From Macrostomum hystrix (lineage: Eukaryota > Animalia > Platyhelminthes): a stretch of DNA of 64,000 nucleotides. The translations under genes were made by a program, and so were the position numbers. A model generated the notes under the pieces. That model saw only the letters and a list, made by a program, of their open reading frames with translations. It did not search any database and was not told where the DNA came from. Numbering within the stretch: position 1 is the stretch's first letter; every line of letters starts with the position of its first letter. The stretch is from assembly GCA_950097015.1 (NCBI GenBank), contig CATNEN010000012.1, positions 3,162,001 through 3,226,000 of the forward strand, written 5' to 3'. This document shows, in pieces, positions 1-12,889 of the stretch.

Positions 1-2012
1 CTCTGACATTCCCAGTTATTTGGTAGGGCTGTCAGTGTCCTCTGACATTCCCAGTTATTTGGTAGGGCTGTCAGTGTCCTCTGACATTCCCAGTTATTTG
101 GTTAGGCTGTCAGTGTCCTCTGACATTCCCAGTTATTTGGTAGGGCTGTCAGTGTCCTCTGACATTCCCAGTTATTTGGTAGGGCTGTCAGTGTCCTCTG
201 ACATTCCCAGTTATTTGGTAGGGCTGTCAGTGTCCTCTGACATTCCCAGTTATTTGGTAGGGCTGTCAGTGTCCTCTGACATTCCCAGTTATTTGGTAGG
301 GCTGTCAGTGTCCTCTGACATTCCCAGTTATTTGGTAGGGCTGTCAGTGTCCTCTGACATTCCCAGTTATTTGGTTAGGCTGTCAGTGTCCTCTGACATT
401 CCCAGTTATTTGGTAGGGCTGTCAGTGTCCTCTGACATTCCCAGTTATTTGGTAGGGCTGTCAGTGTCCTCTGACATTCCCAGTTATTTGGTTAGGCTGT
501 CAGTGTCCTCTGACATTCCCAGTTATTTGGTAGGGTGGTCAGTGTTCTCTGACATTCCCAGTTATTTGGTAGGGTGGTCAGTGTCCTCTGACATTCCCAG
601 TTATTTGGTAGGGTGGTCAGTGTCCTCTGACATTCCCAGTTATTTGGTAGGGTGGTCAGTGTCCTCTGACATTCCCAGTTATTTGGTAGGGTGGTCAGTG
701 TCCTCTGACATTCCCAGTCATTTGGTAGGGTGGTCAGTGTTCTCTGACATTCCCAGTTATTTGGTAGGGTGGTCAGTGTCCTCTGACATTCCCAGATATT
801 TGGTAGGGCTGTCAGTGTCCTCTGGCATTCCCAGTTATTTGGTAGGGCTGTCAGTGTCCTCTGACATTCCCAGTTATTTGGTAGGGTGGTCAGTGTTCTC
901 TGACATTCCCAGTTATTTGGTAGGGTGGTCAGTGTCCTCTGACATTCCCAGTTATTTGGTAGGGTGGTCAGTGTCCTCTGACATTCCCAGTTATTTGGTA
1001 GGGTGGTCAGTGTTCTCTGACATTCCCAGTTATTTGGTAGGGTGGTCAGTGTCCTCTGGCATTCCCAGTTATTTGGTAGGGTGGTCAGTGTCCTCTGACA
1101 TTCCCAGTTATTTGGTAGGGCTGTCAGTGTCCTCTGACATTCCCAGTTATTTGGTAGGGCTGTCAGTGTCCTCTGACATTCCCAGTTATTTGGTAGGGCT
1201 GTCAGTGTCCTCTGACATTCCCAGTTATTTGGTTAGGCTGTCAGTGTCCTCTGACATTCCCAGTTATTTGGTAGGGCTGTCAGTGTCCTCTGACATTCCC
1301 AGTTATTTGGTAGGGCTGTCAGTGTCCTCTGACATTCCCAGTTATTTGGTAGGGCTGTCAGTGTCCTCTGACATTCCCAGTTATTTGGTAGGGTGGTCAG
1401 TGTTCTCTGACATTCCCAGTTATTTGGTAGGGTGGTCAGTGTCCTCTGACATTCCCAGTTATTTGGTAGGGTGGTCAGTGTCCTCTGACATTCCCAGTTA
1501 TTTGGTAGGGTGGTCAGTGTTCTCTGACATTCCCAGTTATTTGGTAGGGTGGTCAGTGTCCTCTGACATTCCCAGTCATTTGGTAGGGTGGTCAGTGTTC
1601 TCTGACATTCCCAGTTATTTGGTAGGGTGGTCAGTGTCCTCTGACATTCCCAGATATTTGGTAGGGCTGTCAGTGTCCTCTGGCATTCCCAGTTATTTGG
1701 TAGGGTGGTCAGTGTCCTCTGACATTCCCAGTTATTTGGTAGGGTGGTCAGTGTCCTCTGACATTCCCAGTTATTTGGTAGGGTGGTCAGTGTTCTCTGA
1801 CATTCCCAGTTATTTGGTAGGGTGGTCAGTGTCCTCTGGCATTCCCAGTTATTTGGTAGGGTGGTCAGTGTCCTCTGACATTCCCAGTTATTTGGTAGGG
1901 CTGTCAGTGTCCTCTGACATTCCCAGTTATTTGGTAGGGTGGTCAGTGTTCTCTGGCATTCCCAGATATTTGGTACGGCTGTCAGTGCCCTCTGGCATTT
2001 CCAGTTATTTGG
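1..2012. repeat. 39-bp minisatellite (CTCTGACATTCCCAGTTATTTGGTAGGGCTGTCAGTGTC)n, about 51 copies, runs off the window start
   Basis: Unit recurs every 39 nt. The 708-aa ORF 20..2146 is just the 13-aa translation of the unit. Confidence 0.97.
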
Positions 2013-2634
2013 TGCTCAGTGCTCAGCAAATGCTTATTCCTGCTCATGTTTTCAATCAGGTTTCTAATCAGGCAGTTTTGGAGTGGCTCTGCAGTGTCAC
2101 GAGTGTCTCGTTTGCCGATAATAAATCGACCCCCTTAAGCTATTAGTTGTTTATTGCCTGCTGTAAAAGTACTTGCAATCTAGATAGCATGCAGGCAGGC
2201 TTTTAATTCTCTATTTAGACGTCAATTATTTTTCTCCGTCATCACAAACGTGAAAATCAGTGAGATCAGTGAGTGCAAGCTCTCAGCTTAAATGCGTGTT
2301 AGTCATGTGCATCATTCGGGTTCCTTGTATTTGTACTGGCAAGTAACACAAGCCAATTCGGCCTCATGCATATCTAAGCCATGCTCTGACAGAAAAATTG
2401 GAAGGCAGCAGGTGGACTTGAAATCAAAGATGAGCATCAACAGAAGCTTTGCTCAGTCAACAAACGAACAACAGGGTGGAGAATAAGCAGTTGGTTTGCC
2501 AAGTGTATGAAACTGCATGTGTGTGATTGTACGGGCTCGTGTGCTCCAGCATGAACAAGAGTCTTTGAGCTTAGTAGCTCTTTAAAGCTGTTGAAATTTT
2601 TGCGAAGCAATTAGACAGTCTTCATGACCCCGCA

Positions 2635-4778
2635 TAACCTGCATTTACTGTGATGTGAGCTGGTTAAACCTGTATTTACTGTGATGTGAGCTGGTATAAC
2701 CTGTATTTACTGTGATGTGAGCTGGTATAACCTGTATTTACTGTGATGTGAGCTGGTTAAACCTGTATTTACTGTGATGTGAGCTGGTTAAACCTGTATT
2801 TACTGTGATGTGAGCTGGTATAACCTGTATTTACTGTGATGTGAGCTGGCATAACCTGTATTTACTGTGATGTGAGCTGGTATACCCTGTATTTACTGTG
2901 ATGTGAGCTGGTTAAACCTGTATTTACTGTGATGTGAGCTGGTATAACCTGTATTTACTGTGATGTGAGCTGGCATAACCTGTATTTACTGTGATGTGAG
3001 CTGGTTAAACCTGTATTTACTGTGATGTGAGCTGGTTAAACTTGTATTTACTGTGATGTGAGCTGGCATAACCTGTATTTACTGTGATGTGAGCTGGTAT
3101 AACCTGTATTTACTGTGATGTGAGCTGGTATAACCTGTACGAGTATTTACTGTGATGTGAGCTGGCATAACCTGTATTTACTGTGATGTGAGCTGGTTAA
3201 ACCTGTATTTACTGTGATGTGAGCTGGTTAAACTTGTATTTACTGTGATGTGAGCTGGCATAACCTGTATTTACTGTGATGTGAGCTGGTATAACCTGTA
3301 TTTACTGTGATGTGAGCTGGCATAACCTGTATTTACTGTGATGTGAGCCGGTTAAACCTGTATTTACTGTGATGTGAGCTGGTTAAACTTGTATTTACTG
3401 TGATGTGAGCTGGCATAACCTGTATTTACTGTGATGTGAGCTGGCATAACCTGTATTTACTGTAATGTGAGCTGGCATAACCTGTATTTACTGTGATGTG
3501 AGCCGGTTAAACCTGTATTTACTGTGATGTGAGCTGGTTAAACTTGTATTTACTGTGATGTGAGCTGGTATAACCTGTATTTACTGTGATGTGAGCTGGC
3601 ATAACCTGTATTTACTGTGATGTGAGCTGGCATAACCTGTATTTACTGTGATGTGAGCCGGTTAAACCTGTATTTACTGTGATGTGAGCTGGCATAACCT
3701 GTATTTACTGTGATGTGAGCCGGTATAACCTGTATTTACTGTGATGTGAGCTGGTTAAACCTGTATTTACTGTGATGTGAGCTGGTTAAACCTGTATTTA
3801 CTGTGATGTGAGCTGGTATAACCTGTATTTACTGTGATGTGAGCTGGCATAACCTGTATTTACTGTGATGTGAGCTGGTTAAACTTGTATTTACTGTGAT
3901 GTGAGCTGGCATAACCTGTATTTACTGTGATGTGAGCCGGTTAAACTTGTATTTACTGTGATGTGAGCTGGCATAACCTGTATTTACTGTGATGTGAGCT
4001 GGTTAAACTTGTATTTACTGTGATGTGAGCTGGTTAAACCTGTATTTACTGTGATGTGAGCTGGTTAAACCTGTATTTACTGTGATGTGAGCTGGTTAAA
4101 CCTGTATTTACTGTGATGTGAGCTGGCATAACCTGTATTTACTGTGATGTGAGCCGGTATAACCTGTATTTACTGTGATGTGAGCTGGTTAAACCTGTAT
4201 TTACTGTGATGTGAGCTGGTTAAACCTGTATTTACTGTGATGTGAGCCGGTATAACCTGTATTTACTGTGATGTGAGCTGGTTAAACTTGTATTTACTGT
4301 GATGTGAGCTGGCATAACCTGTATTTACTGTGATGTGAGCCGGTTAAACTTGTATTTACTGTGATGTGAGCTGGCATAACCTGTATTTACTGTGATGTGA
4401 GCTGGTTAAACTTGTATTTACTGTGATGTGAGCTGGTTAAACCTGTATTTACTGTGATGTGAGCTGGTTAAACCTGTATTTACTGTGATGTGAGCTGGTT
4501 AAACCTGTATTTACTGTGATGTGAGCCGGTTAAACCTGTATTTACTGTGATGTGAGCTGGTTAAACTTGTATTTACTGTGATGTGAGCTGGTTAAACTTG
4601 TATTTACTGTGATGTGAGCTGGCATAACCTGTATTTACTGTGATGTGAGCTGGTATAACCTGCATTTACTGTGATGTAAGCAGGTGTAACCTGTATTTAC
4701 TGTGATGTGAGCTGGTTAAACCTGTATTTACTGTGATGTGAGCTGGTATAACCCGCATTTACTGTGATGTGAGCTGGC
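2635..4778. repeat. 31-bp minisatellite (ACCTGTATTTACTGTGATGTGAGCTGGTATA)n, about 69 copies
   Basis: TTTACTG recurs every 31 nt. Variants are confined to the GGTTAA/GGTATA/GGCATA segment. Confidence 0.97.
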
Positions 4779-5516
4779 AGAAATTACATTATTTATCAGT
4801 AAAGCTACGTCAAGTTGTACGCACACTATGCAGCTTTTCAGTCGAAAATTCTGTGCAAATATGAACATTGAAAGTGCCCTTAAACATGCATTTCTAGAGT
4901 TCCCTCTGAGCACATTACTGATTTCCCACCAAAATTCTGTTTAACAAGTGCAAATAAATAGGAAGACTGGCAGATATACTCTTTAGGGGTTATATATTTA
5001 TCCAAGGAACAGGTCTAGATCCCCTTTCGAAACTGAGTACACACCTATTAATAACTTTAAGAAATCTAATTTCTTTCTAGAAAGAATTGCTACCTAATTC
5101 AGAATGTAAAGGGGGGATTATAGGTGTCTGAATAATTCAAGCAGTCTTCAACGACTGAATGAAGTTCACGGATGGAATTGCTGAAGTGGACGGCCTGAAA
5201 CCCACAGCTGATGAGGAGAAAGGAGAGGCTGGATTCCGCTAATGAAGAGAGAGAGAGAGTCGGGCAGAAGTTAGATGAATCTGAACAGCCAATCAGAAGC
5301 CGAGCTATGCAAAAGCCAAATTTTCTTCTTCTTCTTCTGCTAGTTCCCATTTAAGTGTGCATAAAAGACTGCTACTGTGACAACAGAGAAGGAGTGAAAT
5401 GAGGCTTTAGAGAGGCTAGATTGGTTGCAGAATCTGCCTCAAGGAGAGATAAAGGACGGAGCGCGAAGGTCCGCGAGTTGTCCACTTGTGAGCCCAGTCC
5501 CTGCCGAGACACAAAA

Positions 5517-8500
5517 ATGTTAACTCACAGTCTGCTGGACACGGAGGACACCAACCTCACCTGCCAGTCACCGATAGACCAGGTGAGATGGCATCTGGCT
5601 AACAAGTCAGACTGCAAGCTGAGTCAGCCGGAGAAGCAGGTGGAACTGCTGCTCACCTTTCATGTCCCGGCGCTGCTCTGCTGCACTGGCATTGTGCTCA
5701 ACTTGGCCAACTTCGGCGTCTTCAAAAAGCAGCACTTCGACGGACCGGCCTACGCCTACCTGGCCGCCATCTCCCTGGTTGATGCCATTTTCCTGGCTTT
5801 CTACTTCTTCTACGTGGTCAGCGCTGTCAGGTGAGTCCCGTGAATTCTTAGAATCCTGTGAATTCTTAGAATCCTGTGAATTCTAAGAAGGCTGTGAATT
5901 CTTATAATGCTGTGAATTCTTAGAATCCTGTGAATTCTAAAAAGGCTGTGAATTCTAAGAAGGCTGTGAATTCTTATAATGCTGTGAATTCTTAGAATCC
6001 TGTGAATTCATAGAATCCTGTGAATTCTTAGAATCCTGAGATTTATTAAATTCCTGTGAATTCTTAGAATGCTGTTAATAAAAAAATCCGGTGAATTCCT
6101 AAAATTCACTGAATTCTCAGTATGCTTTGAATTCCTAAATTGCAGTGAATTCTTAGAATGCAGTGAATTCTTAGAGTCTTGTGCATTTTTTGAATCCGGA
6201 TAATTGTGAGAATCTTGGAAATTCTTAGAATCTTGAGAATTTCTAGAATCTTAGGAGTTCTTATAATCCTGGGAATTCTGAGAATCTTGGGGAAGCCGAA
6301 AATCTTGGGGAATTTCGGGAATCTTGGGGGAATCCGGAGAATCTTGGGGAATTCGGGGAATCTTGGAGAATTTGGGGAATCTTGGGGAATTCTGGGAATC
6401 TTGGGGAATGCAGGGAATCCTGGGGAATTCTGGGAATCTTGGGGAATTCAGGGAATCTTGGGGAATTCAGGGAATCTTGGGGAATGCAGGGAATCTTGGG
6501 GAATGCAGGGAATCCTGGGGAATTCTGGGAATCTTGGGGAATTCTGGGAATCCTGGGGAATTCGAAGAATCTAGAAGAGTTCAGAGTCTGAGATTCTGCT
6601 GATCCCGTACAATCGAAAAATAGAGTCATAGTCTATTGGGAAGTTGCATAAGCAAATGGCATGAGTAAATCCCACGATGATGGGACTCAGATGCACTTGT
6701 GCAGTACTAGACCCAGTCCTTGGCTTCGCACTGAAGCTTAACAGACAGCGCAGCGCTAATCTCAGACTAGCAATCGATTTCCAGCTTGTTTGCCAAACCG
6801 AGGCCCCAAAGCCTGGCATATTCATTATCCTGCCGCTTTATCTAGCCGTTATAAATATTCTAGAAAGAATAATTGCCTTATGATTTTGATAATGACACGC
6901 CACAGCCAACGAGACCTCAATGCAAACACACAAAATGTCATGAGCACATCCTTGACGGAAACAGCTCATGAGATTTATGAAATTTAAGACAGATGTCGAA
7001 GCTGAAAAAAATTATTTTTATAAAACTGACTGAGCTAGAAGCAACAGATTTTTCTGTCCTGAAAAAAAGTTTTTTTTCAAGTCGACAATGGCCCCAGAAA
7101 CGCGCCTGCAAACGGGGCATGATCAACAACAAAAAGAGAGAAACACGAATAATCCATCCTGGGAAAAGACAGCAAAAAACTAATTTATATTAGGACCTTG
7201 AATGGGGATAGCATAGGCCAATGCCAAAAGTAAACTTGCACTTTTAGGGGCTTGTTTTATTGAAAAGTCTACGAGATTTTAAGTGCAATCTCGTGGAGCT
7301 ATAACCTCAGTCTGTACTTACAGTATTCTTTCCAATACAGAAGTGTAATAAGTTTATTGCGCAGTGAAATTTCATTAGAATAAGGAAGAAGGACTCTAGA
7401 TGAGTACTTTGAAAAGTGTAAAGACTTTAAAAATACTAAACTTCTGGACCCATGGCTTGGGAGAGCAGCTGAAAGAAGATTAATTTTTCAGATTTAATAG
7501 CCAAAAAAATAATTTTTTTTCTTTTCAAAATACGATAAATTCGAATTTCAAACATACGAAAAAAAATAGTATTGCTGCTACCGTTTTGGGGTCATTGCAT
7601 CTGCATAAATAGATCGAGCTCGAAGTTTGACTATTGTTTGTTCAAAATCACAAACTGTTTCTTAGTTTAATCCTGCATAGCAGTTGCTGGTTCCCAGGCC
7701 AGTGCTTTAATCACACATTGATTAACACACATTGCGACTGCGGGCCTCAAGCAACAACTGGGAATTGAAAGGCCTCTGTGTCCTGGACATCAGAGATCAA
7801 TTTCTCCAAGCCTATGTTCGTACACTTTGTCTCCAAGACCTGCCTGTATGTCTCTTTGTGTTTCGATAATCCTTATACTCGTATTTGTGTTGCCGCTTGT
7901 ACTTGGGTCGATTTAGTATTGATTATATATTGATTTTGTTGGTAGCAAATTAGACAAATTAGGCAGAGAAAATTCTCTTGATGGTACGGAAATTATCGAA
8001 AAATTAATTAAGGCATTTTATATTTGTAAACATTGCTCATAAAGTTTCAGTAAGTTGCGATTTCGGTAAGTTGGGATTTGGGTAAGTTGGCATAACAGTA
8101 ATGGGGATTTTGGTAAGTGGGGATAACAGTAATGGGGATTTTGGTAAGTGGGGATAACAGTAATGGGGATTTTGGTAAGTTGGGATTCCAGTAAGTTGGG
8201 ATTCCAGTAAGTTGGGATTTCAGTAAGTTGGGATTCCAGTAAGTTGGGATTCCAGTAAGTTGGGATTCCAGTAAGTTTGGATTCCAGTAAGTTGGGATTC
8301 CAGTAAGTTGGGATTTCAGTAAGTTGGGATTCCAGTAAGTTGGGATTCCAGTAAGTTGGGATTTCAGTAAGTTGGGATTTCAGTAAGTTGGGATTCCAGT
8401 AAGTTGGGATTCCAGTAAGTTGGGATTTCAGTAAGTTGGGATTCCAGTAAGTTGGGATTCCAGTAAGTTGGGATTCCAGTAAGTTGGGATTCCAGTAAGT

Positions 8501-11500
8501 GAGATTCCAGTAAGTTGGGATTCCAGTAAGTTGGGATTCCAGTAGGTTGGGATTCCAGTAAGTTGGGATTCCGGTAATTTGGGATTCCAGTAAGTTGGGA
8601 TTTCACGCAACGCATCCTTGTACAGACTGGAATTTCTGAACGCAAAGTGTTCAACTAAAGTGAACCAGTTTTGTAGGCCGAATGACATTAGTCTCCAGGG
8701 CTGAGATGACATTAGTCTGTACTGCGCAACTGATTCTTAGAGATTAGGATGGAATTAAATGTGGACCGCCGGCCGTCTCAAGAAAAGAGATTTAAAATAC
8801 ACTACCGTTTCATGATTTCACATTTTCCCTTCTCAAGAAATCAATGTGGCTAATTGGGAAGGATTCAAGCTGAAATCTTTGTCAACAGGATGTCCAGCTT
8901 GAAAAATAGAATCGACGTGTTTTTAGCCAGTTTAAATTGATGCCAATATTTTGTTTAAATGAAGACACTTTGGCTGACACAATTCGGTTGCACTATAGGG
9001 AAATCAACAGTCAAGCACGTGTTTTCGCTGCTGATTTGCTGCTCGCTGAAGGCTTTCTTTAATAATTAATAGGTTTTTTGGGTTTAAGAGTGTCATATAT
9101 AGGATGTCATGTGATATGAGGTGTGAATTGACCAATAATATTTCTCTTTTATTCAAAAAGCAGGAAATAAAGCAGGTAATATTTTTGACGAAATAAATGC
9201 ATTCTGCGAGTATATAACGGAAGTTTTTTTTCCCAAAGCTTCAAATTTTTTGTTTCTTGAATTCCCCATTGATGAGGCGGTAAGCGCTAGGCTCAATGAA
9301 ACGCTTCTTCAAAGAAAATCGATCACCTTTGCCAGATAAGGTCTCGGGGTAAAAGGTGGATCCCACATGTCAGATGCTAGATCATCTCATCTGAAGAGCA
9401 CTTATACCATTTACTGTATGGCTCGTGCAGGATGTGCGAGAATTATATCTCGACACAATTGCGAGGACGAAATTTAGCACTGCTGGTCACGCTACCTTCG
9501 CATCGGAAACGCGCGGCCATCGGGCTGATCGATGCTCCCACCAGGCCATGTTGGATTAACCGTGGAGGATGAACACTTTCGGGTCTTGTAGAGAGACAGA
9601 GACTTGCATTGGGACCTTAGGCACATGAGTAGCTATATATACATATATATATGGGATCTGAAAAGCAGGACTTATTTTCGACACTTTCCAAGTTATCCCG
9701 ACGAATAATAATGTGCTCCCTACGACTCAGACTCAGGAAGTCGACAATGTTGGCCTCTAACGCGATAGAAAAGCGCTTGGGATATGTTGGAAGGCCCTGA
9801 GTAGTACTACTCACCCACTCGATAGTCGATACTGAGTATTTTTATATAGCAACTCTTAGGGTCTGTACTTTTGCATAAGGAGCCACTAGGCGCCATTTTG
9901 AATTATAGCAGAAAACGGTTCAACAGAAAGAGAACGAAAGAAGAATAATCACTAGCTGCTGACGTGAGGCTATCGACATGATTAGGGCATCAGGTCGAGC
10001 TGATGATCAAAGAACTCACGATGATTAAATTGCAAGATATAAATTGTGCAACTGCCGATCAGTCATCAATGATCTCTAAGGAATTGATGAAAAAATTGAC
10101 AAAATTAAAAAAACGCAACACAATAAATTGAAAGCATCATTCCTATTGAGGGGTATTTCAAATACCCACTGCCTATTTCACAATATCTCCAAAAACAAAT
10201 AACCGATTTTCGCAAAATTCCACCATCTATATATGGTGGAATTCCACAATCCATCTATATATCCACCGCCCTATACGATAAACTAACACTATAATCAATA
10301 AAATATAGTCTACATTGTACCATGACTACGTGGCTATCGGGCGGGCTGATATTCGATTATTGCCATAGACGATGTCATTTTGGCCCGAAAAGTTGGGCCG
10401 ATAATGGATTATTTTTGTGTATTTTAACGTATAGCCACATACTATAAGCCACATAGTCTATGGTACAATCACAGTATTACCCAGGCTTTGCGGGCGATAA
10501 TGAGAAATCCCTCGGGCGCCTTCGGCGCCCTCTGGCTTTCCCATTATCGCCCTGAAAGCCTGGGTAATAATATACTAATGATAGCCGACATGATTACATG
10601 ATAAGATTTTTTAAGCAGACAATGGTTGACTATTTTTGTGTTTTTGCCAACCAGACACCCCTAGGAGAAATGTTGAATACCTAGACGATGCCGATGTTTT
10701 GTGATTCTGGAAGTTGTTTAATCGGGTAGCGCCACTAACATAGGGGAAAATAGAGTCGTCTTACTAATGTTAAGAGGGTAAATAGTTCTCCTTTGTTCTG
10801 ACACAGCAAATAAAAAAATCTAAAATATATTTCCGAACACACGGCCGTTACCAGGTGCAACGACCACGCCGGCAGGTTCCCGTGCAGCTCGCCGGGTTTT
10901 AGCTTCGCCCAGCTGGGCTCCGTCATCAGCAGCGTCTACGCGGTGAACACCGTCAGCTTCAGCCTGCAGACGGCCTGCGCCTGGCTCACTGTCCTGCTGG
11001 GCATTGAGCGCTACTTGGCCATGCGCTATTTCCACTTCCGGCGCAACCGCTGCCAGTCAGCTGACACTAAGCTCACGGTGCTGCTCGTCTGCTGCGCCAG
11101 CTTCCTGCTGAACCTGCCCAGCTCCTTCAACATGCGCACTCGCTTCGATCGGTACGACGTCGTCAACGACACGGACTCGGCCGATACCGGCCCGGCTCTG
11201 TCGATCGTCATCGAGGAGACGCCATTTGGCAGGTCCAGCGCCTACTCGGCCTACTCGCTAGGCCGGCTGGGTGGCTCCACGCTGCTGCCACTGCTGCTGC
11301 TGGCCGTCAACAACACGCTCCTGCTGGCGTTGGTGCTCAGCCACAGTCGCCGAGCGCAGGACGGCGGCGGCAGTAGGTACCTGTCGGCGAAGCGCGCCTC
11401 AAAAGTGCTGCAGGCCTCGCTGAAGCGGATCCGGGCCCAGAGACGACTGACCATCCTGCTGATCATTGTCATCTTCGTGTTCCTCTGTGGACAGGTACCG

Positions 11501-12079
11501 CGCTCGCTGCTGTTCAAGGACGTGTTTGCCCTGCTGTATCCGCATTGTCCGTGCGGCAGCTCTATGCTGTGGACCTGCTGCCCGCTCTACAGACGCCTGC
11601 ACCCGGTGTGCGAGCTGGTGTACCTGCTCTGCCTGAACGCCAACTTCTTCATCTACGCTGCGCTAAACAAGCACTTCCGCTCCCACCTGCGCCTCCGCCT
11701 GCCGACGCGACGCCAGCCTGCGGCGCCAACCAACACCATCGACACGAACCCGCTGCCGCTGCCGCTACTGGCGCAGTCGTCGATGCTGCCGTCCACATCC
11801 GGCTGCTGCCAGTCGGCGCCGAGGATCATCTACGGCATCCCGGCCAACGGCAGCCCGACCGCCGATCGGCGAAACTCCTGCGTGGCCTTCAGCCAGCACG
11901 TGGCCAACTCGGTGGTGCACAGCATGCTGGCCGAACGGTCGCCGAGAAACAAGTCGCAGGGCTCGACTGTGTCCGTTGGCAGCAGCTCGCGGAGCCTGTG
12001 CCGCAGCGACGAGGCGTTCGGACCGCGAGAGGAGCTCGACGACCTGCTGGGCACCGCCGTGATGGTCAGCCACCTGTGA
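5517..12079 (+). CDS. Rhodopsin-family (class A) peptide GPCR, FMRFamide-receptor-like; join(5517..5830,10855..12079), 512 aa
   Basis: Exon 1 encodes the N-terminus, TM1 and TM2 and ends AG|GTGAGT (phase 2). Exon 2 starts CCAG|G in matching phase and carries the ERY motif, TM4-TM7 and NANFFIY (NxxxY-type). The joined length is divisible by 3. Confidence 0.88.
5838..6592. repeat. Degenerate 18-19-bp minisatellite (GAATTCTTAGAATCCTGT grading into GGGAATTCTGGGAATCTTG) at the start of the GPCR intron
   Basis: Visible periodicity, starting 7 nt after the donor. It explains the repetitive ORFs at 6206-6629. Confidence 0.9.
8050..8604. repeat. 16-bp minisatellite (GGGATTCCAGTAAGTT)n in the GPCR intron
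   Basis: 16-nt period in the core, with degenerate edges. Confidence 0.95.
10141..10769. mobile_element. Degenerate copy of the MITE family (see 30013..30583), middle replaced by a palindromic insert
   Basis: Shares GGGTATTTCAAATACCCACTGC..., ACCGATTTTCG and GACGATG(C/T)CGATGTTTTGTGATTCT(G/A)GAAGTTGTTT with the 30 kb copy. Right end is followed by TTAA at 10770; the left terminus is not recognisable. Confidence 0.65.
10314..10569. mobile_element. Nested palindromic (fold-back) element: inverted repeat 10314-10337/10447-10469 plus a 95-nt hairpin 10475-10569
   Basis: TATTACCCAGGCTTT/AAAGCCTGGGTAATA, GGGCGATAATG/CATTATCGCCC and GGGCGCC/GGCGCCC arms around a TTC loop, read directly from the sequence. 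Confidence 0.6.
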
Positions 12080-12889
12080 GCCTGTGAGGAGATAAATAGT
12101 CCAGCAAATCTTGGACCAAATCCGAAGACTTTATCATTTCTGAGTGAAAAGATTTCTCGATTTTTCCGAACTTCACAAATCTGTTCGTTTAGTTCGCTTT
12201 CAAAGCGTTGGACTCTGTCTTGGGTGTCACCGGTCCCGTCCTCGTTGCGTTACATGGGAATGCCGAATTAGTTGTTTTTAGGACGATAAAATTCTTTTTG
12301 TTTCGTTTAATATAAATTTGTGTCCAGATATGGCCCAAACAAATCTAAAATAGTATATTTTTATGGATTCTGAACTATTTTCTAAATGCAGCTTCTGTCC
12401 TTACCGGTAATTCTATTTGATTATGGAATCTGTGTCGTATCGAATTGGTACCTTATCTGTGTGTTTCGTTAGATACTTAGATACTTCTTTGTGACAGGCG
12501 CAATGCCAAGTTAAAATTTTACTCGAGAATACAATCTAATTTTCAATTGAACAAATTTTTGTATCGCATAGAGCCAGACACTTGTGTATGAGTAGGTATT
12601 GTATTGTCAGTAAAGTGTATCACTTCAAAAAAGCTTATCCCGAATCTCATCATTCCGTTTAATAAATTAAAGTTTTATCCTATATAGTTTTTTTATCTCG
12701 CTCTGTCATTGCAACTCCAGATTCGAGACTCGAAATATACTCGTATATTGTGCAAGTCTAGATAGGTTAAGCTTCTTCAGTCGAAAAACGTCCTGTCTAA
12801 AACATCATTAAATGCTTTGAGTTTGGGAGCGCATCATGCAGTGAGCATATAGTTCTCACTATATGAGAACTCATTCAACTAACTCAGCA

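Noticed and set aside
20-2146. 708-aa ORF, and similar long repetitive ORFs at 6206-6629, 19263, 32585-33261, 42938-43796, 50983, 57680-58254, 59210-59792 and 60626-62986
   Set aside because: They are translations of stop-free minisatellite units, with no splice context or unique coding sequence.
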